DNA of 64,000 nt from Nitrospirales bacterium (GTDB lineage Bacteria; Nitrospirota; Nitrospiria; Nitrospirales; UBA8639). This document shows positions 55,411-64,000 of the stretch, piece by piece; positions within the stretch are counted from its first letter, which is position 1; every line of letters starts with the position of its first letter. The DNA lies in contig OZ241905.1 in the NCBI GenBank assembly GCA_965203665.1, positions 174,275-238,274 of the forward strand, read 5' to 3'. The notes under the pieces are model-generated. The model saw only the letters and a list, made by a program, of their open reading frames with translations, had not been told where the DNA came from and did no database searches. A program made the position numbers and the translations under genes.

Positions 55411-56140
55411 GACCGGCGATTTCCTGTTCGGGGTTCAGGCGGTCACGGAGGCGCTCCGGTCGGGCTCGCGAACGTTCATAAAAATCTTCCTGTCGCATCG
55501 ACAGCGTCAATTTTCCCAGATCATTCGTTTCGCCAAAGTCCACGGCGTGCCTTTACAGGTTCATCCGCGTGAACGACTCGATCGGCTGGTCCCTTCTGCC
55601 AATCATCAGGGCGTGGTGGCGCTGGTCGCGGCCAAAGCCTATGCCTCGGAAGATGAGATCCTGGAGCATGCCGTGCAACAAAAGGAGCCGGGGTTTTTCC
55701 TGGCTCTCGACGGGGTGGAGGATCCGCAGAATTTCGGGGCGGTTCTCAGAACGGCTGCCACGGCTGGGATTCATGGAGTGTTTATTCCCGACCGCCGGTC
55801 CGTGGGGTTGACGGCGAGTGTGGCCAAAGCCTCCGCCGGCGCCGTCGAGCACGTCCGGGTGGCCCGGTGCGCGAATATCGCCAAACTGATCGATCGTTTG
55901 CAGGATCGCGGGGTGACTACCGTGGCGTTGGAGCCTCGCTCTCCGAGACTCTATACCGAGTTGAATTTCACGGGACCTGTCTTATTGGTGTTTGGAGGAG
56001 AGGGGCGAGGACTCAGATCGAGGATTGTCGAACGATGCCATGTCCACGCCCGCATTCCCATGCGCGGGGAGGTGAACTCGCTCAACGTTTCGGCAAGCGT
56101 TGCTGTGGTTGCCTATGAAGCGGTTCGTCAACGGATGTAA
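55262..56140 (+). CDS. rlmB: SpoU/TrmH-family 23S rRNA (Gm2251) 2'-O-methyltransferase RlmB
   Basis: 'LFGVQAVTEAL', 'LDGVEDPQNFGAVLRTA', 'LVFGGEGRGL', 'IPMRGEVNSLNVSASVAV'. The only in-frame start upstream of the core is ATG 55262, which gives a basic N-extension. Confidence 0.8.
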   Translation: MSGFKNRFDKGPKRGRGKTSPPPTTFEKPWRPKASFSRTGRTGAPDGSDKTGDFLFGVQAVTEALRSGSRTFIKIFLSHRQRQFSQIIRFAKVHGVPLQVHPRERLDRLVPSANHQGVVALVAAKAYASEDEILEHAVQQKEPGFFLALDGVEDPQNFGAVLRTAATAGIHGVFIPDRRSVGLTASVAKASAGAVEHVRVARCANIAKLIDRLQDRGVTTVALEPRSPRLYTELNFTGPVLLVFGGEGRGLRSRIVERCHVHARIPMRGEVNSLNVSASVAVVAYEAVRQRM

Positions 56141-56222
56141 CATCCGGGTCTTCCCGCAAGGGTATTCACGCTTTTCGTAAGCAATCGAACGGGGTTGTCA
56201 ACGGAGGGAAAAGGCGAATGTC

Positions 56223-56486
56223 TTACCGGATTGCGATCAATCCTTCTTGAATAGCCGCGTTTAAGAGTTGGGCGGCATTCGAGACGCGCACCTTTTTCAT
56301 CATATTGGCGCGATGGGCTTCGACGGTTTTGACGCTGATCGCGAGACGTTCGGCGATCTCTTTATTCTTGAGTCCGGACCAGATCAGTTGAAGAATTTCC
56401 TGCTCCCGTTCAGTGAGCGCTTCGGGGCGTTTCCGTCGCATGGGAAGCAACTCTCTCTTCTTGCTTATTTTTGTCTGGACGGCCAT
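56223..56486 (-). CDS. LuxR/GerE-family HTH protein (stand-alone)
   Basis: 'LTEREQEILQLIWSGLKNKEIAERLAISVKTVEAHRANMMKK'. Confidence 0.8.
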   Translation of the reverse strand: MAVQTKISKKRELLPMRRKRPEALTEREQEILQLIWSGLKNKEIAERLAISVKTVEAHRANMMKKVRVSNAAQLLNAAIQEGLIAIR

Positions 56487-56614
56487 TGGGAACAGAAATT
56501 TTTCTCAAGATGAATTATGTAGGTAATACTAGCAGGGTATCCATTAAAAAGTAAAGTGGAACAGGCGTTCCAAGTTCAAAAAACCGGAGTTTTTGTAGAG
56601 TCACGACATATAGC

Positions 56615-57394
56615 ATGATGGATGCGCCTGGCTCCTATATTTTGTTGTTTATGGTGGGCTTGGTCGTAGGGAGTTTCCTGAACGTCTGTATTCTGAGAAT
56701 CCCCCACGGTCAATCCGTCATTCGGCCCGGGTCCCGATGCCCGCAATGCAAGACGTCCATTCGCTGGTTCGATAACGTTCCTCTCCTGAGTTTTATCCGG
56801 TTGCGAGCACGCTGCCGGTCGTGTGGAGGAAAGATTTCATGGCGCTATCCTTTGGTGGAATGTCTGAATGGAGCGGGCTATCTCGGGATCGTCTACACCT
56901 TCGGCTGGAGCCGCACCGCCCTCGTGTATGCGCTGTTTCTTTCATTGCTGTTGGTCGTGACGATGATCGATCTCGATCATTTCGTGATCCCGGATTCCAT
57001 CTCTCTCCCGGGGCTGGCCATCGGCTTTTTTACCGCGACATTCATCTTGCCCGTGGGTTGGACCGGTTCATTGCTGGGTATCGCATTGGGAGGAGGGATC
57101 CTGTGGATGCTCGCGGCCGTCAGTCCGTATCTGTTTGGCAAGGAGGGGATGGGTGGGGGCGACATCAAATTCCTGGCGATGATCGGTGCGTTCCTTGGCT
57201 GGCAGCATGTGTGCATGACCTTGTTTCTCGCGTCATGTACGGGGGCCATGGTCGGCATCGGTCTCATGGCCTTTCGCGACATGGAGCGTGGTCAGTACCT
57301 TCCTTTTGCCCCGTTCCTGGCGGCCGGGGCGGTGGCATCGCTATTTTTTTATCAGGAACTGTTGGGTATGTATGAGAACATGTTTGCGTTATGA
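56615..57394 (+). CDS. pilD: prepilin peptidase (A24 family)
   Basis: N-terminal 'CPQCKTSIRWFDNVPLLSF...CRSCG' zinc-finger-like segment and 'GGGDIKFLAMIGAFLG'. Confidence 0.9.
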   Translation: MMDAPGSYILLFMVGLVVGSFLNVCILRIPHGQSVIRPGSRCPQCKTSIRWFDNVPLLSFIRLRARCRSCGGKISWRYPLVECLNGAGYLGIVYTFGWSRTALVYALFLSLLLVVTMIDLDHFVIPDSISLPGLAIGFFTATFILPVGWTGSLLGIALGGGILWMLAAVSPYLFGKEGMGGGDIKFLAMIGAFLGWQHVCMTLFLASCTGAMVGIGLMAFRDMERGQYLPFAPFLAAGAVASLFFYQELLGMYENMFAL

Positions 57395-57944
57395 AAATTG
57401 GAAACAAGCATTGAACGGCCATGTTTGCGACCGCGGACGTTTCCGTCCGGGGAGATTCTCCTCCAAGCCGCTGGACGCACGTGCAGGTCCGTTTTATGGA
57501 TCATCAGGATATACATTGACGGAACTGATGATAGTCCTCGGCATTTTGGGGGTCGTGTTGGGGTTGAGCGGCATCTGGCTTTCCTCCCAACTGCCGTACT
57601 ATCGTCTGAATGGAGTGGTCCGGCAAATACGCGCGGACCTTTTGGCAGCCAGGGCACAAGCCGTTAAGCAGGGCAATGAAGTCCGCATCTTTTTTACGGA
57701 CCCGCAGCATTATGATATTTTGGATGACGACAACAATAATGGAAGAGTCGATCCCGGTGAAGCCGTCGAAACCCGCTCGATTCAGGAGGAGTTTGCAGGC
57801 GTCGTGATCGAGTCCAACAGGAGTCCGATCTTCAATCCGAGGGGCACGGCATCCAGTTTTGGCACGATAAAGGTTTTGAATGCCTCCGGAGAAAAAAGGA
57901 TCACGATCAGCATTACGGGTCGCGTGAAAGTGACGACCCCCTAG
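57372..57944 (+). CDS. GspH/FimT-like minor (pseudo)pilin
   Basis: Prepilin cleavage/methylation motif 'GSSG|YTLTELMIVLGILGVVLG'. The start is uncertain (ATG 57372, TTG 57384 or TTG 57411), giving an unusually long leader. Confidence 0.7.
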   Translation: MRTCLRYENWKQALNGHVCDRGRFRPGRFSSKPLDARAGPFYGSSGYTLTELMIVLGILGVVLGLSGIWLSSQLPYYRLNGVVRQIRADLLAARAQAVKQGNEVRIFFTDPQHYDILDDDNNNGRVDPGEAVETRSIQEEFAGVVIESNRSPIFNPRGTASSFGTIKVLNASGEKRITISITGRVKVTTP

Positions 57945-57956
57945 AATACGCCCCGT

Positions 57957-58334
57957 ATGAACCTCGTGACAAACGATAAGGGGTTAACCCTCCTGGAAGC
58001 CGTCATTGCCATGGCGCTCTTTTTTGTCGCTGTATTGGCTTTTGCAGGAGTGATGGTCACGGCGAGTAAAGGTGTCGTAGCGAGCAAGCATCTGACTACT
58101 GCCGCCACACTGGCTCAGGATAAACTGGAACAGGTGAAAAACATCGGTTACGACGCGGGAGTTCCCCTTGAAACCACGGAAGCCTATGGCGCTATTCCGG
58201 ACTTTCCCCTGTATCAACGCGTCGTCAGGATCGAGACCGGCCGTCCCGTTCCGGGATTGCAGACGGCGACGGTGACGGTGTGGTGGGCAGACGACCGGCA
58301 CTCCGTGACCGCATCCACGATTCTTGCCCCGTAG
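57957..58334 (+). CDS. PilV-like minor pilin
   Basis: 'KGLTLLEAVIAMALFFVAVLAF' N-terminal methylation motif. The stop codon TAG lies inside the REP element at 58331. Confidence 0.7.
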   Translation: MNLVTNDKGLTLLEAVIAMALFFVAVLAFAGVMVTASKGVVASKHLTTAATLAQDKLEQVKNIGYDAGVPLETTEAYGAIPDFPLYQRVVRIETGRPVPGLQTATVTVWWADDRHSVTASTILAP

Positions 58335-58360
58335 GTCGGATTAGCGCAGCGTAATCCGAC
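58331..58360. repeat. REP-like palindrome, family A
   Basis: 'GTAGGTCGGATTAGCGCAGCGTAATCCGAC'. Confidence 0.7.
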
Positions 58361-58415
58361 AATTTCACTGGGCCTGTTCACCATTAGCGCGGTCTATGCG
58401 GTACATCTGAATCAG

Positions 58416-58910
58416 GTGAAACGCCAGATCGTTCAAGAGGACGTGTTGGCCATGCAACAAACTGCTCGTGCCGCTATGGACATGATGGCCAGGGAGATTC
58501 GGATGGCCGGTTATGATCCCATGGGGGTCAATCGGGATTCCGCTTCATCGAATGATTTTCATGGGCTTAGTTATCATCCCACGGAGTTGCACGTTCGAGC
58601 CGATTTGAATGGAAACGGCGTGCCCACCGACTCGAAAGAATCCATTGTCTATTTGTATGACGACTCGACCTCCACGTTGCGACGCAAAGTCGGAAGGGGT
58701 GGGCGACAACCCGTGGCGGAGCATATTGAGGCGTTTGCCTTTTCATATCGCGACGCCCTGGGGCATCCCACGACGCACGCGCCGAGTATCCGGGCGGTTG
58801 ACGTGCAGATCACGTCTCGGTCCGCCCACGCCGACAGCCAATATCCCGAGAACGAAGGCTATCGGACGTTTACGCTTCGATCCCGCATTGTCCCGAGAAA
58901 CCTGCCGTGA
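58416..58910 (+). pseudogene. PilW-like minor pilin lacking its prepilin N-terminus
   Basis: 'AMQQTARAAMDMMAREIRMAGYDP' is PilW-like, but there is no G|FTLxE leader. The in-frame upstream sequence ('..ISLGLFTISAVYAVHLNQ') is open only back to the REP element. Confidence 0.5.
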
Positions 58911-59040
58911 AATGTCATGTGCCGGGTGGTTTCTCTTCCTTGACGCTTCGACGGCGCTCTACTAATATCCGCTGCCAATGCGATTCGGTCGATCATGTCT
59001 TTCACATTCACAGTTCGCCTACGGCTGGAGGAGCGCGAAG

Positions 59041-59484
59041 ATGAGAACAACGTTGACCCTGGCTTGTGTCATCCTGAGTCTGTGCTATGGCGGGATGGCG
59101 GTGTCCCAGGACCTGCCCGATGATATTCTGGCGGATCAATATCTGTTGGAAGCGAGGAAAGCCTTGGAAAGCGGCGAGCCGCAAACCGCGAGACGGGCGT
59201 TTGAGAAAATCGAAGCCCTGGATACGGAACCCCCGTTGGAGTTCTACTTTTCTTCGGCAAACTGTTGGTCCGACATGGCGCGTCAGTTGACGACGTCCGC
59301 CAGGGACAGGCTTCGCTCAAGCAATTTGTCGTCAATATCGAAAAGAATTCCGAATATTACAGGCCGACCCTGGAACTGCTTTCCGTCGCGGGAAAAACAA
59401 TCGAAAAAGCCGAGCAACGGCAAACGGAAGAAGCAAAACGCCAAGCAGCGGCGCAGGAACGCGCCGCCACGCTCAAGGACTTGA
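59041..59484 (+). CDS. signal-peptide / helical N-terminal ORF, probably the 5' part of the following FGE-domain gene
   Basis: 'MRTTLTLACVILSLCYGGMAVSQ' signal peptide. The sequence looks protein-like up to ~59250 and becomes Lys/Arg/Ser-rich junk afterwards, while the frame of 59265..60182 is open and protein-like from ~59240. Confidence 0.5.
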   Translation: MRTTLTLACVILSLCYGGMAVSQDLPDDILADQYLLEARKALESGEPQTARRAFEKIEALDTEPPLEFYFSSANCWSDMARQLTTSARDRLRSSNLSSISKRIPNITGRPWNCFPSREKQSKKPSNGKRKKQNAKQRRRNAPPRSRT

Positions 59485-60182
59485 TGCCGTCGTTATTGGA
59501 AAATCTCAAGCAGCAGATGGTCACCGTCCAAGGCGGCACGTTCACGATGGGCTGTACGGAAGAACAGAGCAGTTGCGACGATGACGAAATGCCGGTCCGT
59601 CAGGTACAGGTGAAGAGTTTCAGAATCAGCAAGTATGAGGTAACCCAGGAACTGTGGGAGGCGGTGATGGGCAAGAATCCGAGCAAGTTCCGGAACTGCC
59701 CACGTTGTCCCGTCGAGAACGTGGGCTGGGATGCCACCAAGTTGTTTCTCAAGAAATTGAGTGCCCTGACGGGAGAACACTATCGGTTGCCGACTGATGC
59801 GGAATGGGAGTATGCCGCCAGGGGCGGGGAAAAGAGTCAAGCGCACCTCTACGTCGGGAGCGACGATCTGGATTCGGTTGCCTGGTATGACAAGAATAGC
59901 GGGAACAGAGTCCATCGGATCGGACAAAAACAACCCAACGGGTTGGGCCTGTACGACATGAGCGGGAACGTCTGGGAGTGGGTGGAGGATTGTTGGAACA
60001 AGAAGTTTCCGGGTCCCCAGGCCGATGGGAGCGCGTGGAAGAGCAGGAATTGTGCACGGCACATGTTACGTGGCGGTGCCTGGACCAGCTATCCGAGATA
60101 CCTGCGTTCCTCGAATCGCTACTGGAATTTGTCCGCCTTCCTGCGCGACGACGTCGGATTTCGACTGGTCGCGACGCCGTAA
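59265..60182 (+). CDS. formylglycine-generating-enzyme (SUMF1/FGE-sulfatase) domain protein
   Basis: 'GGTFTMG','PVRQVQVKSFRISKYEVTQELW','YRLPTDAEWEYAARGG','NGLGLYDMSGNVWEWVEDCW','RGGAW'. Confidence 0.85.
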   Translation: MVRHGASVDDVRQGQASLKQFVVNIEKNSEYYRPTLELLSVAGKTIEKAEQRQTEEAKRQAAAQERAATLKDLMPSLLENLKQQMVTVQGGTFTMGCTEEQSSCDDDEMPVRQVQVKSFRISKYEVTQELWEAVMGKNPSKFRNCPRCPVENVGWDATKLFLKKLSALTGEHYRLPTDAEWEYAARGGEKSQAHLYVGSDDLDSVAWYDKNSGNRVHRIGQKQPNGLGLYDMSGNVWEWVEDCWNKKFPGPQADGSAWKSRNCARHMLRGGAWTSYPRYLRSSNRYWNLSAFLRDDVGFRLVATP

Positions 60183-60183
60183 G

Positions 60184-61815
60184 TCATCCGCGCCCCGGCT
60201 CAGGTGTCGAAGCGCCCGGTGTGCCTAGGAACAGCACGGCAACGACGGCCAGCGAGACCGCGACTGCACCGACCGTGAGCGTGTCTCCAATGGCTCCGGC
60301 CAGCGCGGAGTTGAGCGCGTCCAGCAGCATGTCCGCCTTGCGGGCGCCGTCAGCCCCTGCCTCCGCGAATTCGGCTCTGAGCATGTCGGTGGTAGACGGA
60401 TCGAACAGTACCCGCGGATTTTTCTCAATGGCGTCGAGCCGGTCCGGGGAAAGCGAAGCCCTGACGTTCTCGGAGAGCATCTCTTCCAACCGCTTGGAGA
60501 ACCGCTTCGTCAACACGGTACCCAGTACGGCGAGCCCCATCATTCCGCCTACCAACCTGTAGAACAGAAGCATGCTGGTCGCCAAACCCCTGAATGTGTT
60601 CGAGATCGAGTTTTGTACGGCCACGGCAAACACGGTCAGCGTCCCGCCCAGGCCAAGCCCCATGACCACGATGGATCCCACGGCCCCGGCAAAGCTCGTC
60701 CGTTCGTCCATGGCGGAGAGGAGCAACATGCCCGTTGTCATGAGTCCCGTGCTGAAGAGGGCCTGTCTCCGGTAACGTCCGGTCCTGCGGAGCAGGACTC
60801 CGGACAGAATAGCCCCGAACACGACTGCGAGCATCATGGGCGTCAGGAAACTGCCGCTACTGGCTGCGGAGGCGCCCAGAACTCCTTGAAAGAACAGCGG
60901 GACGAACATGACGCTGCCGTATAGGGCCAGCCCGCTCAGGAACATGACGATCACCGAGACGGCCACCGTCCGGTGTCGGTAGATGTCCAGGGGCATGATG
61001 GGAGAATCCGACCGTGATTCGATGACCACGAAAGTCGCGGCCATGACCAATCCGAACGCCAGGAAGCCGATAGTCTGCGGCGAACTCCACTCGTACTGGA
61101 CTCCGGCCCATGAGAGCGCGAGAAGGATAGGGACGAGGGCACATATCAGGGTCATCATCCCCGGATAGTCCAAGTGGCGTTGAGAGGCCTCAGGCGTGAT
61201 TTGTGGGAAGGTTCGTGCGATCAGCAACAGCACCGGAATCCCGGCCGGCACGTTGAACAGGAATGCCCAGTTCCAGGATAAGTTGTCGGTGATGAAGCCG
61301 CCCAAGGTTGGTCCGACAACCGAGGCCATGCCGTACACGAGGGCGATCAGTCCTTGAAACTTGCCTCGTTCTTGGGGTGGGAACAGGTCGGCGATGGCCA
61401 CGAGGCTCGTGGTCATGATGATCCCGCCTCCGATGCCCTGGATGGCACGGAACGCGATAAGCTGGGTCATGGTTTGGCTCAGGCCCGCCGGAACCGAACC
61501 GATCATCAAGACGGCGATGCCCAGCAGGAAGAAGACCTTGCGCCCGTACAGGTCGGAGAGCCTGCCCACGATTGGGACCGCGACCGCTGACGCCACTAGG
61601 TACGCGGTCACAGCCCACGTGTAGCGATCGAACCCGCCCAGGTCGGTGATGATGCGCGGCATCGCAGTGGCGACGATGGTCTGGCTCAGCGCGGCCAGGA
61701 ACATCGCCGACAGCACCCCGGTCAACGCCAGGAGAAGCTGTCTTCGGGGAAGGGGGACGAAGTCGTTTGCTGCCGATTGATCGGCAGTGGTTTGGGAATC
61801 GGGGCCGACGGTCAT
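60184..61815 (-). CDS. MFS transporter, DHA2 (EmrB/QacA, 14-TMS) family
   Basis: 'GRLSDLYGRK' (motif A) and 'LIAFRAIQGIGGG'; about 14 hydrophobic segments; 543 aa. Confidence 0.9.
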   Translation of the reverse strand: MTVGPDSQTTADQSAANDFVPLPRRQLLLALTGVLSAMFLAALSQTIVATAMPRIITDLGGFDRYTWAVTAYLVASAVAVPIVGRLSDLYGRKVFFLLGIAVLMIGSVPAGLSQTMTQLIAFRAIQGIGGGIIMTTSLVAIADLFPPQERGKFQGLIALVYGMASVVGPTLGGFITDNLSWNWAFLFNVPAGIPVLLLIARTFPQITPEASQRHLDYPGMMTLICALVPILLALSWAGVQYEWSSPQTIGFLAFGLVMAATFVVIESRSDSPIMPLDIYRHRTVAVSVIVMFLSGLALYGSVMFVPLFFQGVLGASAASSGSFLTPMMLAVVFGAILSGVLLRRTGRYRRQALFSTGLMTTGMLLLSAMDERTSFAGAVGSIVVMGLGLGGTLTVFAVAVQNSISNTFRGLATSMLLFYRLVGGMMGLAVLGTVLTKRFSKRLEEMLSENVRASLSPDRLDAIEKNPRVLFDPSTTDMLRAEFAEAGADGARKADMLLDALNSALAGAIGDTLTVGAVAVSLAVVAVLFLGTPGASTPEPGRG

Positions 61816-61984
61816 GTGTGTCTTATTTTCTCAGAGCCTGTTTCGGAGGGAAATCCCTTGATCGTGAACGGCTACAATTGCCGAGGTGCGATCTCGTCAC
61901 ATAATATAGATGAAGCGTTGCAAATTAAGGTCAGGACCTTGCCGATTATGTGCCCGTTCGCGAAAGAAAGAAAGGAAAAACCGT

Positions 61985-62353
61985 ATGAGTAGCCCAGGCC
62001 ATCCCCATGCAATTACCATTGAGCAAAATCCCAATCGCGTCAAGGTTGCGTTTAACGGAACCGTCATTGCCGATACCACCCGGGCTTTGATCCTGAAGGA
62101 AGGACCGCTGCCGCCGGCCACGTATATTCCTCGTGAAGATGTGCAGATGTCCTATCTCCGGCGGACGGACCATTCCACTCATTGTCCATTCAAAGGCGAT
62201 GCCTCATATTTTTCCGTCTGCGTCAATGATCAAACAGCCGACAACGCCGTCTGGGCCTACGAAACCCCTATCGACGCCGTGGCGCAGATCAAAGATTGCC
62301 TGAGTTTTTACGTCGAGAAACTGGACGTGAGTGAGGAATCGCCAGGGAATTGA
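61985..62353 (+). CDS. DUF427 domain protein
   Basis: 'RVKVAFNGTVIADTTRALILKE...PATYIPREDV.......HSTHCPFKGDASYFSV......NAVWAYETP' fits the DUF427 pattern as I recall it. I prefer ATG 61985. Confidence 0.75.
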   Translation: MSSPGHPHAITIEQNPNRVKVAFNGTVIADTTRALILKEGPLPPATYIPREDVQMSYLRRTDHSTHCPFKGDASYFSVCVNDQTADNAVWAYETPIDAVAQIKDCLSFYVEKLDVSEESPGN

Positions 62354-62425
62354 TTGGCGTGCTTTGATCGAATGTTCATGCAACTCCCTCTTCCGTAAAG
62401 GGGAGAGGGAGTTGCATGATGAGGG

Positions 62426-64000
<1,575 letters not shown>

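Overview
This 64-kb chromosomal window probably comes from a Nitrospira-like (Nitrospirota) autotroph. That assignment is an inference from a five-subunit 2-oxoacid:ferredoxin oxidoreductase operon, a monomeric-type isocitrate dehydrogenase and host-type REP-like palindromes; it has not been verified. Two housekeeping flanks bracket a mosaic integrative island of about 30 kb. The left flank (1-10.3 kb) carries ktrA, the nfeD-stomatin pair, trmI, a receiver/HD-GYP pair, a rhodanese and DUF1971. The right flank (40.9-64 kb) carries tadA, SprT-like, CaCA, thrH, cutA, an M23 peptidase, the OFOR operon, surE, cysS, rlmB, pilD plus minor pilins, an FGE-domain gene, an MFS pump, DUF427 and icd. The island sits at tRNA-Ser(CGA) (40851-40938, minus strand). 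A tyrosine integrase lies next to the tRNA, and degenerate copies of the tRNA 3' end lie at 10.73-10.95 kb. Its cargo is almost entirely conflict and defence genes. (1) An Ssp-type DNA phosphorothioation cluster (cysteine desulfurase, DUF4007, large ATPase, PP-loop enzyme) is fused in one operon to an SF2 helicase, a GHKL ATPase and a PLD nuclease. (2) A 1101-aa protein has an Mrr-like PD-(D/E)xK N-terminus and a long helical-repeat body. (3) A KAP-family NTPase sits directly upstream of a RES-domain protein that has no Xre-type antitoxin; I rank this the best candidate for an undescribed system. (4) There are mazEF-like and higBA-like toxin-antitoxin pairs and several decayed TA remnants. (5) An AT-richer cluster contains an AbiJ-like protein translationally coupled to a 79-aa ORF, plus two membrane proteins. 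(6) There is an orphan 360-aa protein with a possible His-Me-finger motif, and a secreted HExxH protein paired with a TM/TPR-like protein. The island's distal end also holds a G+C-rich, apparently non-coding 1.7-kb stretch with two structured repeat units about 380 bp apart. Two families of palindromic REP-like elements occur both inside and outside the island. All functional calls rest on motifs read by eye; no database search was possible.
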